In this document: piece by piece, positions 22,675 through 31,702 of the stretch
Position numbering within the stretch: position 1 is the stretch's first letter
Layout: every line of letters begins with the position of its first letter
Assembly (NCBI GenBank): GCA_964360255.1
Contig: CAYHVK010000005.1
Location: 24,233-88,232 of the forward strand
DNA from: an uncultured Pseudobdellovibrionaceae bacterium
GTDB lineage: Bacteria; Bdellovibrionota; Bdellovibrionia; Bdellovibrionales; UBA1609
DNA length: 64,000 nucleotides
Direction of reading: 5' to 3'
Translations under genes and position numbers: made by a program
Notes under the pieces: model-generated
The model's database searches: none
Told to the model about the DNA's origin: nothing
What the model saw: only the letters and a program-made list of their open reading frames with translations

Positions 22675-23520
22675 ATGCTTATTTTCTTTTATAAAACTTT
22701 GTTTTGTATCGTCTTGTTGTGTTCGGTATTCGAATTAAATCCCGCTTATGCGCAGAAGAAAACATCCAAGGTTTCAAAGGCGAGCGGAGTGGTTTCTGAT
22801 GCAAGTGCGAACAGTTCTGCCGATACCGAAAGTCAGCCGACAGAAATTAATGCGGACGAAATATTCAAGTCTCTTGATTATCCAGAATTACAGGTTGTGC
22901 CGCGTGCGACTGAGCGTTTGCTGACTGAGGCGCAGTACGAAGAATCACGGCGTCTGCTCGTGCATTGGCCGATTATTTTGCCATCCTTAGCGACGTTTTA
23001 TTTAGGTCTTACTTCTGATGGAGAATATAAGACCGGCGCGACCAAAAGCGAAAAAGACGACGCAGATCTTTACTCGACAGCGGCGACAATGGTGGGCGGA
23101 TTTTGGGTCGCAGCTTCGAGTTTCATAAGTTGGTCTAAGCCTTATCGTACTGGATTGAATAATACGAGAAAGAATAAAGACAAAGATAAGCGCGGAGCTC
23201 TTTACCGAGAGAGAATTGCTGAAGAAACTCTTGAAATGCAAGCTGATACGATGAAAACCTTGGTGCGACTAGCCGTGATTTCGAATTTAGCAGCGACAGT
23301 GGCCGTTGCGTCTTCGCACGAAGTTTCAGATGGTGAAATCGCTATTTCTGCACTTTTGGCCTTTACTCCTTGGATATTTGAACACCGCTACATCACGACC
23401 TGGAACAAACATCTTGAATACAAAAGAAAAATTTATTCGCCCATAGCTTCACTGGGTCTTAAATATAACGAATTGGCGAAGGATTATACTCCGCAGGCTG
23501 TTTTGTTTTGGACTTTTTAA
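22675..23520 (+). CDS. hypothetical exported/membrane protein
   Basis: 281 aa with a signal peptide ending AYA-QK, several hydrophobic segments, and a C-terminal aromatic end (LFWTF). Confidence 0.6.
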   Translation: MLIFFYKTLFCIVLLCSVFELNPAYAQKKTSKVSKASGVVSDASANSSADTESQPTEINADEIFKSLDYPELQVVPRATERLLTEAQYEESRRLLVHWPIILPSLATFYLGLTSDGEYKTGATKSEKDDADLYSTAATMVGGFWVAASSFISWSKPYRTGLNNTRKNKDKDKRGALYRERIAEETLEMQADTMKTLVRLAVISNLAATVAVASSHEVSDGEIAISALLAFTPWIFEHRYITTWNKHLEYKRKIYSPIASLGLKYNELAKDYTPQAVLFWTF

Positions 23521-24449
23521 AAAGCTTAATCTTTTTATGTGTTTTAACTTCGTTGCCGGCTCGCGCTGCGGTCGATTATTCCCTCGATAAACTTCATGAA
23601 ATCAAAAAAGGATGGAGTGAAGAGGGAGTGCATCGCGATCATTGCCGGGCGAGCGAAGAATTTATTAAAACTATCGAGTTTTTGCGAAAAGACCAAACCA
23701 TTCCCGAGAAAGAGATTAGAAAAATCGCCGAAGTGGTGAGCCGCGGATGTGATGGGTCGGCCGAACGATTTTCAAAGGCGTACTTGCTTATGAAAAAATC
23801 TGGTTTGTCTTTTCAGAAGTCTGTAGATGTGGGCTTGGCGATGGTTCGTGAGAGCCCAGTGACCGTCTCTAATTTTTACGAAATCTTCGAGAAAATGTAT
23901 TTAGGCGAGTTTTTTGATGTTAATTTTCAGTCGTCATTTGAAATCGCGTTCGAGCTTTCAAAAGAATTTAAGGGCAATTTAGAGTTTGCTCGTAATGACT
24001 TCAACGATTTTTCAAAGTTCTGTATGGATCATAAAAAAGTCGGTTTAAGTGTTACAAATTGCGCTAAGTTGGCTGTTCGTTTCGCTCGGTTGAGCCAGTA
24101 TTTTCCGAACCGTCTGTTCAAAGATTTTAATGAAATTTATCTGCTTCTGCGTGAAGATAAACGATTTGGCTTATCTCTTCAAGAGAGCCTCAATCTGACT
24201 GAGCAAATTTTAAAAAATGGTCCGGCTGCAAAGAAAAATTTCTTACAAGCTTTTAATTATGCCGTGATGAAAAACGGTCTTAACATAAGCGGAAGAGAAG
24301 CTCTTGATTTTGCTTTACGAATGGCCGCGCGCTCTTATAAGGGTGAATATCCGCCCATCTACCCTGGCGAACAAATGTTTCAGAACGTGTCTCAAGATGA
24401 AACAGAATCGACTTTTCAAGACGAAAAGCGCGAGCCGTCGAAGCACTAG
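23508..24449 (+). CDS. hypothetical secreted helical protein
   Basis: 313 aa. TTG start overlaps the previous stop. Signal peptide LIFLCVLTSLPARA-AV. Confidence 0.6.
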   Translation: MDFLKSLIFLCVLTSLPARAAVDYSLDKLHEIKKGWSEEGVHRDHCRASEEFIKTIEFLRKDQTIPEKEIRKIAEVVSRGCDGSAERFSKAYLLMKKSGLSFQKSVDVGLAMVRESPVTVSNFYEIFEKMYLGEFFDVNFQSSFEIAFELSKEFKGNLEFARNDFNDFSKFCMDHKKVGLSVTNCAKLAVRFARLSQYFPNRLFKDFNEIYLLLREDKRFGLSLQESLNLTEQILKNGPAAKKNFLQAFNYAVMKNGLNISGREALDFALRMAARSYKGEYPPIYPGEQMFQNVSQDETESTFQDEKREPSKH

Positions 24450-24485
24450 CTTAAAGTCGAGCCTCTAGAGTGCCGAAAAAGAGTT

Positions 24486-25421
24486 ATGCGCAGGCTCGCT
24501 TTACCCTTCTGTACTTTTTTCGTCCTTTTTTCATTTCAGGTTTTCGCCGGAGAGCGCATGGTTTCATTGAGCTGGGAAGAGGTTCCTAACGTCGTTCATT
24601 ACGAAGTAGAAGTGGTGGACGAATCCGGTCAAGTCGTAAAAAAGATGAAATTTAAAAAAAATGAATTTAGTGTTCCGCTTAAAGTCGGTTCTTACAAATT
24701 ACGGGCCCGTTCTTTTGATCAAAGATCGGTCACGGGTGAGTGGTCTGATTACGAAGCGATTGTTGTGCCGCCATCAAAAACCTCGTTTGTCGATTTACCG
24801 AAAAAGTCGTTTGTAGCGTCGACGAAAAACCTGCAAGCTCAAGTCGCTCTTGGCTGGAAGTCAGTGGCTGAAAACGCTCGCTATAAAATAGCCGTTTATA
24901 ATGGAGAGGGCCAGTTGGTGGCCGAGAAGACAGATGTAGCTGAAACATCGGTCAGTTTCGAGTTGCCTGCTGGTGAGTACAAAGCCGAACTTGTCAGTGT
25001 GGTGAATGGCCTGCAAAGCGATGAAAAAACTGAAATCCCGTTTCTTGTAATGGGAGCGAAAATGCCACCCGTCAATTTGACGGGTCTTAAGAAAACAGAG
25101 GGTGGAATGTCGGTTCTTTGGGGAGATGTCATTACCGGTGCAGCTTATACGGGTCATCTTGAGCGGCAAGATGTAGCAGCAGAAGAATTGGCACCATGGG
25201 AATCGGTTTATGAATTCAAAAATGTAACTCAAGAAGAACTAAAATTGCCGGACGAACTACGCCCTGGTGTTTACCGCTTAACGATCGCGGCAACGGCAAA
25301 AGGTTGGCAGGCTTCACCATCTGTAAAAAAGCAGTTCGTAATTAAACCGAAGCAGAGAGATTTAGCCTCAATAGAAAGTGAAATGAACTCGAGTTATGAT
25401 TTCACTAAGATTTCAAATTAG
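24486..25421 (+). CDS. hypothetical secreted protein with three FN3/Ig-like repeats
   Basis: 311 aa with a signal peptide. Three roughly 95-aa units of the form LSWEEVPNVVHYEVEV..., LGWKSVAENARYKIAV..., VLWGDVITGAAYTGHL... Confidence 0.65.
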   Translation: MRRLALPFCTFFVLFSFQVFAGERMVSLSWEEVPNVVHYEVEVVDESGQVVKKMKFKKNEFSVPLKVGSYKLRARSFDQRSVTGEWSDYEAIVVPPSKTSFVDLPKKSFVASTKNLQAQVALGWKSVAENARYKIAVYNGEGQLVAEKTDVAETSVSFELPAGEYKAELVSVVNGLQSDEKTEIPFLVMGAKMPPVNLTGLKKTEGGMSVLWGDVITGAAYTGHLERQDVAAEELAPWESVYEFKNVTQEELKLPDELRPGVYRLTIAATAKGWQASPSVKKQFVIKPKQRDLASIESEMNSSYDFTKISN

Positions 25422-25443
25422 AAAAAGCAGAGCTAAAGTCCGT

Positions 25444-27021
25444 TTAACTCTCACAAATTAAATCAGCGATCTTAATCCCATCACAAGCCGCACTCGTAAT
25501 ACCGCCAGCATAACCAGCGCCTTCACCGCAGGGGAATAAACCCTTGTGCGATAGCGACTGTAAAGTCACCGGGTCGCGCGTAACACGCACTGGGCAGCTT
25601 GTGCGCGACTCAACGCCATGAAGCTGGGCTGAATCTGAAACAAAGCCTGACATCCAGTTCGAGAATTTCTCCATGGCATCGACAATACTTCGGCCCATAT
25701 CTTTCGGTAGTAAATCATGCAGTGGAGTTGCGACCACATGTGAAGGTGATGAAGACGCTAAGGCTGGGCCTGATTTGCGTTTCATAAAATCTACTAAGCG
25801 CTGAGCCGGGATTTCTTTAGTTCCGCCCGCGGCTTGAACCATTTTAAATGCATCTTGCTCAGTTTTACGTCTGAATTCTAAGCCGCCCCATTTATTTTTC
25901 ACCGGGTCGCCGAACATTTTCTCGTGATCAACGGTAACGACAATAGCCGCATTGGCAAAAGGGGAGTTGCGTTTGTAATTCGACATTCCATTACAAACCA
26001 CTGAGTTTTGTTCTGTTCCGCTTGAGAGAACATAACCGCCTGGGCACATGCAAAAACTGTAAACGCCGATATTTGAATCTTTATCTGTATGAGCCAGCTT
26101 ATAATTAGCCGCACCTAATTTCGGATGAGCAAAATGCTCACGATACTGAATTTTATTAATCTGCTCTTGCGGATGCTCGATACGCAAACCTAAGGCGAAT
26201 GATTTACCTTCGATGTAGACATTGTTGCGCTCGAGCATTTCAAAAACATCTTCGGCCGAGTGGCCTGTGGCTAAAATCACTTTATTGCTCATAAAGCGCT
26301 CGCCATGTTCTGTTACGACACCTTCGATTTCGCCGATTGGCTCGGCGGTACTGCCATCACTCGCAGCACCAGAATTCTTACCGATAATCAGCTCAGAAAT
26401 TTTAGTATTAAAATGAATCGTGCAGCCATTCTTAATTAAAAACTCCCGCATTTTCGGAATCACTCGGCGAATACGATCTGAACCCACGTGAGGGTTTGAG
26501 ACGTACTCGATCTCTTCAGGAGCTCCGAATTGAACGAGGCGATTCATCACGTATGGAATGTGTTCTGATTTAATTCTTGTGATTAATTTACCGTCTGAGT
26601 AGAGACCCGCTCCACCTTCGCCGTAGCAGACGTTATTGCGTTCATCCATCACACCGTAGCGCCAGAATTTATTAATGCCTTTAATGCGATCGACGGCGTC
26701 GCCACCGCGCTCAAAAAGATGGCACTTGATACCGCGCTCAACTAAGCGAAGGGCGGCGAATAATCCGGCAGGGCCGGCGCCGATAATGAGTGGAGTTGGG
26801 CCTTTGTAATTTGAAGGCTCAATTTTAAATGCAGTGCGGGTGGGCGTTTCGCCTTGATCAAAAACTTCTACTGAATAAACGAAATGAGGCGAGTGCCTTT
26901 GGCGGGCATCGACCGATTGCCGGACGACGCGGTAACTTGAATAGTTGGGGGCTAACCACTGCAACTGCTCTTGTAGATCGTCGTCGAGGCCAACTTTAAC
27001 ATTGTGGAAAACTCGACTCAT
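25444..27021 (-). CDS. FAD-dependent oxidoreductase (COG2509-type uncharacterised dehydrogenase)
   Basis: 525 aa with the dinucleotide-binding motif IIGAGPAGLFAALRLVERG. Overall layout is typical of this family. Confidence 0.85.
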   Translation of the reverse strand: MSRVFHNVKVGLDDDLQEQLQWLAPNYSSYRVVRQSVDARQRHSPHFVYSVEVFDQGETPTRTAFKIEPSNYKGPTPLIIGAGPAGLFAALRLVERGIKCHLFERGGDAVDRIKGINKFWRYGVMDERNNVCYGEGGAGLYSDGKLITRIKSEHIPYVMNRLVQFGAPEEIEYVSNPHVGSDRIRRVIPKMREFLIKNGCTIHFNTKISELIIGKNSGAASDGSTAEPIGEIEGVVTEHGERFMSNKVILATGHSAEDVFEMLERNNVYIEGKSFALGLRIEHPQEQINKIQYREHFAHPKLGAANYKLAHTDKDSNIGVYSFCMCPGGYVLSSGTEQNSVVCNGMSNYKRNSPFANAAIVVTVDHEKMFGDPVKNKWGGLEFRRKTEQDAFKMVQAAGGTKEIPAQRLVDFMKRKSGPALASSSPSHVVATPLHDLLPKDMGRSIVDAMEKFSNWMSGFVSDSAQLHGVESRTSCPVRVTRDPVTLQSLSHKGLFPCGEGAGYAGGITSAACDGIKIADLICES

Positions 27022-27065
27022 AGAGCCTGAGTTTGCCGTTTTGTGTGCGGGGTGTCAATAAAAAC

Positions 27066-27085
27066 GGGCACCGATGAGGGTGCCC
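27066..27085 (-). terminator. Rho-independent terminator after the 27092-27667 gene
   Basis: GGGCACC-gatgag-GGTGCCC hairpin, followed on the minus strand by a short T run (rc of AAAA at 27061-27064). Confidence 0.6.
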
Positions 27086-27091
27086 AAGAGC

Positions 27092-27667
27092 TTACTTGCG
27101 AACGAACTGAAGTTTGTTCATGAAAACTTCTTTTTCGCCCACTTTTGTCCACTCTTCGCAAAGGTCTGAATCTGATGTGCGGCTTTCGCGTGTGCACTCC
27201 ATGATGTCTTTCATAAAGCTGATACGAGTTGTCGTATAAGTCATAAGCTCAAGAGCTAAACGGCGACGAGCTTTTGCTTTTTTGCCGAAAAGGTCAAATG
27301 AACCTTTGCTGAGTTTACGAAGCTGAGCGATTTCATCAGCAGTGAAAGCTGAAAGCGGAAAGTTCAACTCTTCATCATAGCTGTCGTCTTCAAATGAACC
27401 TTGGCGGTAAGTAAAAGACACTTGTACCACTTCTGTTTTTTCAGAAACTTCTTCGCAGAATTCAATATCTGAATCGGGGCCGTTTGAGCGGCAAGGTGAA
27501 ATATCGCGCATTTTAGAAGCTACTTTTCTAATAGCGATATCTTCAATGGCGAGGTGGTGAGCATCTGTTTCTATGTAGATAGTATCGTTGAGGTAAGAAA
27601 CTGAGCGTTCAGCGGCCTGAGCGCTGAAACCGATAACTAATAGACTGGCTAAAATTAATTTTTGCAT
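27092..27667 (-). CDS. hypothetical secreted protein
   Basis: ATG at 27667 with a GGGAG RBS gives MQKLILASLLVIGFSAQA-AE. The track ORF extends 36 codons further upstream without support. Confidence 0.65.
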   Translation of the reverse strand: MQKLILASLLVIGFSAQAAERSVSYLNDTIYIETDAHHLAIEDIAIRKVASKMRDISPCRSNGPDSDIEFCEEVSEKTEVVQVSFTYRQGSFEDDSYDEELNFPLSAFTADEIAQLRKLSKGSFDLFGKKAKARRRLALELMTYTTTRISFMKDIMECTRESRTSDSDLCEEWTKVGEKEVFMNKLQFVRK

Positions 27668-27886
27668 AAGGACTCCCTTGTTTTTGGTTTTAGTTTTCGC
27701 CCAGAGGTTATTGTGGGATTTACGCTCACACACGTTAGAAGGCTGTTTATGAGAGAGTTCTAGCCAAACCCTCAATTACGAGAAGTGTGTCATTTGGGTT
27801 TGATTTGCAGATGCAAATAATCAAATTCTCTTCTCATGTTAAAATATCTTTGCCCTCATAAGCGCCTATGGCTATCTTAAGAGGCC

Positions 27887-28702
27887 ATGGAATACGTTCG
27901 CCTATTGCCAAAAAATACACTCAGCCGTTTTGTCGGCAAAGTGGTCAGAGTTAAGAATCCGAGCTGGCTCGCTACGGCGGCGCGAGATTGGTTTATCGAA
28001 AGATATAAAATTAATATTGCAGAAGCTGAAAAGCCCCTCAGCGAATACCCCTCTATCGGCGATCTTTTTATTCGTAAATTAAAACCGGGTCTTCGACCTG
28101 TGGGTGAAGGTATTGTCCATCCTTGCGATGCCAATCTTACCCGCGCTGGTCAGCTAGAAAATGGAATGATTCTGCAAGCCAAAGGAATTGAATATTCCAT
28201 TCAAGATCTTTTAAAAGATCCGAAAGCGGCTGAAACTTTTGCCGGCGGCCATTACCTCACTTATTATCTCTGCCCAACAGATTATCATCGTGTGCACACT
28301 CCGGTTGAGGGAGAAGTAACGAGTATCAAACATATTCCCGGTCGCCTCTGGCCCGTGAATCCTTGGAGTGTTGAGAACATCAGTCAGCTTTTCGCTATTA
28401 ACGAGCGCCTCGTTTTCAATCTGAAAACTCAATATGGCCCGGTGGCCCTAGTGATGGTGGGCGCCACAAATGTGGGCGAAATATCAGTGAGTTTTGATCC
28501 TTCGATTCGCACGAATGTGGCGGGCGGAGAGGTGAGTGAGAAGTTTTACGCTCCACCTGTAAAGCTCGAGAAGGCGCAAGAAGTGGGCATTTTTCACATG
28601 GGGAGTTCAGTGGTTATGCTTTACCCCAAGGGTGCTATTAAAACCGAGCCTCGTTTAGGCCCGGTGAAGATGGGCGCGAGTTTGTCTCACATTGAGAACT
28701 GA
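27887..28702 (+). CDS. psd: phosphatidylserine decarboxylase proenzyme
   Basis: AAGAGG RBS. Motifs YLCPTDYHRVHTP and the self-cleavage site context FHMGSSVV. Confidence 0.92.
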   Translation: MEYVRLLPKNTLSRFVGKVVRVKNPSWLATAARDWFIERYKINIAEAEKPLSEYPSIGDLFIRKLKPGLRPVGEGIVHPCDANLTRAGQLENGMILQAKGIEYSIQDLLKDPKAAETFAGGHYLTYYLCPTDYHRVHTPVEGEVTSIKHIPGRLWPVNPWSVENISQLFAINERLVFNLKTQYGPVALVMVGATNVGEISVSFDPSIRTNVAGGEVSEKFYAPPVKLEKAQEVGIFHMGSSVVMLYPKGAIKTEPRLGPVKMGASLSHIEN

Positions 28703-28925
28703 TCTAAATCAGGACGTCGAACTTTCAAGCGCTGTCAGCCAGCTCACACGTTCTTGTAAACTTGTCTCATATTGAGAATTGATTTTTCACATAACCCTAT
28801 AAAACAACTCAACTTTTATCCTGTTTTTTACGATGTATCATATGTAGATAGGCACCGTAATTTGCAGTGAATAGTAGTAAGGGTTTTTGCGCCCAAAACT
28901 ATTGTTCACGTACGTGGGGTATTAA

Positions 28926-31337
28926 ATGAAAAGTATGTTTAATAAATTAAGTCACTCGACGCGAAAAGTTCTCATCGGACTTTTAATACTGACGCCTGTT
29001 CTCGCATTTCAAAACTGTAGCGATGTAAAATTTGAAGCCCTTCCAATGTCGAGCGAAGAGCTCGGGCTTATGACAGATTGGATGACTATCAATAAGGGTG
29101 CTAAATACACCAACGATACTGATGTGCTCGTGCAGATCAATGTTTATGGTGGTCAGCTTATGTATTTGACCACAGACCCCACTTGCCAATCAGGCAGTAA
29201 CTGGGAAAATTTCAGTGCTGAGCGCAGCTGGATTTTACCTAAAGAAAATCAGCCATCCACAGTCTATGGTCTCTTTAAGCGCTTAACCACTCGTGGTGCT
29301 CCGGTAGAGACTGAGTGTATGGAAGCGAGTATCATCCATGACGGTATTGCGCCAGTGGTGAAACTCTCTCAAACTCCAGATGAATTCACGCAAAGCGGTG
29401 ATGGTCTTTTCAAGTTTGACGTGACTGATAATATTTCGGGCGTAGAAAAAGTTGAATGTAAAATGGATAACGGAAGTTATGCTCCCTGTGATCTAGCTGT
29501 TAGTCAGCTCAACATGGCAGAGGGTCAGCACCGCTTCACAATTCGTTCGACAGATAAAGCGGGTAACGTTTCGGCGCCAATGGAATATCCATGGATGATC
29601 GACCAAACGCCTCCAGTTGTTAAACTCGATTCAACACCAGCAGCCAGCAGCATGAGCAAAGCGGCTACCTTTAAATTCACTGGGACCGATGCGGGTTCAG
29701 GTATTCATGGTTACTTCTGTCAAGTGACAGGTGAGGCTGAAGCTCCGTGCTCTTCACCGTTTGTGCGCGCTGATGTGGGCGAAGGTCAAAAAAGTTTCTC
29801 GGTGTATGCGGTTGATAACGTAGGCCTTAAATCTCTTGTTATATCTTACAATTGGTTAGTGAATTCGCTTCCACTAGGAGCTTTTGATGTTCTGGGCGTG
29901 ACCGGCACAAAAGATACGAAGCTAGATAGCTTTTTGGCAGGAGATCCGTCGCCGAAAATTAACTGGAGCGCTTCTACCAATGCTGTTAGTTACGACGTGG
30001 CCATATTAAATAGTGCAAAGAATGCGACGGTTTGCTCGGTGAGTGGAGTGACAGGTCTATCTTATCAGTTTCCTTCAAGTTGCTCTTTGACTGATGGCGC
30101 GACTTATTACGCCAGCGTTATGGCTATCAATGCGGCGGGAGTGAATATTTCATCTCCTCTCTTTGCATTTAAAGTAGATCTATTAGGCCCGGCTATTGCG
30201 ATCACAACGCCAGTGACGATTCCGGTCGATCATAAGAGTGCGCTTGTGAAATTCAGCATTACTGACGCCATTTCAGGAGTTGATACGGCTGTTTGCTATC
30301 ATACATATGGTGGAGTGGTATCGTCTTACACTTGTAAGGGTTTAACTCAATTGAATTTAGCTAATTTGTCTCCGGGTCAGCACAGCTTTTCGATCAAAGC
30401 GAGTGATTCAGCGGGCAATTTATCAGAGAGTTCGGAAGTGACTTTCATTCTTGAGAGCCGTGAGCTGATCAAGCACATGGTTGATGTGGATGCGGCACCA
30501 ACTCAAATCGACGTTCTTATGGTGATCGATAACTCTGGCTCTATGGATGAAGAGAGAAAGAAGCTTTCAGAAAAGTTAGCCGATTTTATCTCTCGCTTAA
30601 ATGGTTTAGATTGGCGCGTGTGTTTAACAACGACTTCGCCAAAAACAGATGGTCAGTTGAAGCCCTTTGCAACAGACGTTTATAAGATTGATAAAGACAC
30701 AGTTGATTACAATAATCTTTTCTTAGCTGCGGTTAAAGGAAACTTAGGTGACACTTCAGGTGACGAGCAAGGCATTAAAGCGACAGTTCGTGCCGTTGAG
30801 ACCAATGATTCTCGCTGCTTCCGTAATAGCGCTGCTTTAGCAGTGGTATTGATTTCAGATGAAGATGAGCGCAGCTGGGGTGGATACCCTGAGTACAGCA
30901 CTCAAGGCCAATACCAAGTGCTTGGGACAAAAAATCTTCCTGCCACTGCCGTTGAAGCCGTGCGCTTGAAATACGGCGACAAAAAGATTTTCACGTATCA
31001 CTCAATCGTGATCAAGTATAACGATACCACTTGTAAATCGTCTTCAGCCGGCCAGTATGGTCGTCGCTACGAAGAGCTTTCAGCTTTAACATCTGGTATT
31101 GTGGGCAGTCTCTGCGCCGCTAACTACGGTACTGAATTAGCTCAAATGGCTGATCGAACGAAGAAGAACTTATCGAGTGCCGTTTTAAAATGCGCTCCGG
31201 TAGCGGGGACTCTGAAATTATCGATCACACCAAGTGTGGCAGGTCAGACTTACGCTGTTAGCGGCGATAAAGTCTCTTTCACGCCAAACTTGATCCCAGG
31301 CTCGCAAGTGAGCTTCGAGTACTATTGCGTGAAATAA
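28926..31337 (+). CDS. lipoprotein with tandem Ig-like domains and a C-terminal von Willebrand factor A domain
   Basis: Lipobox-like LAFQNC. Repeated units (D)xTPPVV...F.F..TD..SG(I/V)...C......(A)PC.S........GQH.F....D.AGN. MIDAS motif VIDNSGSMDEE. Confidence 0.8.
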   Translation: MKSMFNKLSHSTRKVLIGLLILTPVLAFQNCSDVKFEALPMSSEELGLMTDWMTINKGAKYTNDTDVLVQINVYGGQLMYLTTDPTCQSGSNWENFSAERSWILPKENQPSTVYGLFKRLTTRGAPVETECMEASIIHDGIAPVVKLSQTPDEFTQSGDGLFKFDVTDNISGVEKVECKMDNGSYAPCDLAVSQLNMAEGQHRFTIRSTDKAGNVSAPMEYPWMIDQTPPVVKLDSTPAASSMSKAATFKFTGTDAGSGIHGYFCQVTGEAEAPCSSPFVRADVGEGQKSFSVYAVDNVGLKSLVISYNWLVNSLPLGAFDVLGVTGTKDTKLDSFLAGDPSPKINWSASTNAVSYDVAILNSAKNATVCSVSGVTGLSYQFPSSCSLTDGATYYASVMAINAAGVNISSPLFAFKVDLLGPAIAITTPVTIPVDHKSALVKFSITDAISGVDTAVCYHTYGGVVSSYTCKGLTQLNLANLSPGQHSFSIKASDSAGNLSESSEVTFILESRELIKHMVDVDAAPTQIDVLMVIDNSGSMDEERKKLSEKLADFISRLNGLDWRVCLTTTSPKTDGQLKPFATDVYKIDKDTVDYNNLFLAAVKGNLGDTSGDEQGIKATVRAVETNDSRCFRNSAALAVVLISDEDERSWGGYPEYSTQGQYQVLGTKNLPATAVEAVRLKYGDKKIFTYHSIVIKYNDTTCKSSSAGQYGRRYEELSALTSGIVGSLCAANYGTELAQMADRTKKNLSSAVLKCAPVAGTLKLSITPSVAGQTYAVSGDKVSFTPNLIPGSQVSFEYYCVK

Positions 31338-31395
31338 AGGGGTCTAAATTTAGATTCTCTTGAGACTCCGAGTCAAATCGGGTAAAACAATCTCT

Positions 31396-31638
31396 ATGGC
31401 TGATAAAAGTAAGAAGTACCCAGAAAACATCAAAGGTCGATACTACGTCGACAAAGAATGCATTGCGTGTGACGCATGCGTGATGGTGACTTCTACTCAT
31501 TTTGGTATGCACCCAGAAGATGGTCATGCCTTCGTTCAAGCTCAGCCTACAACTCCTGAAGATGAAGACCTCTGTCGTGAAGCGATGGAAGGTTGTCCTG
31601 TTGAAGCTATCGGCAACGACGGCGACGCCGAAAATTAA
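31396..31638 (+). CDS. small single-cluster ferredoxin
   Basis: 80 aa from ATG 31396. Motifs CIACDAC...CPVEAI. Confidence 0.8.
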   Translation: MADKSKKYPENIKGRYYVDKECIACDACVMVTSTHFGMHPEDGHAFVQAQPTTPEDEDLCREAMEGCPVEAIGNDGDAEN

Positions 31639-31702
31639 ATTCGCTCATTTTTCTCTTTGAGCCCTATCCTAATTAATTTAATTTTTTAAAAATGAGCACT
31701 AT

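Noticed and set aside
24730-25232. Three antisense ORFs (72-123 aa) opposite the FN3-repeat protein gene
   Set aside because: They have no RBS. The plus-strand frame shows a signal peptide and an internally repeated domain structure.
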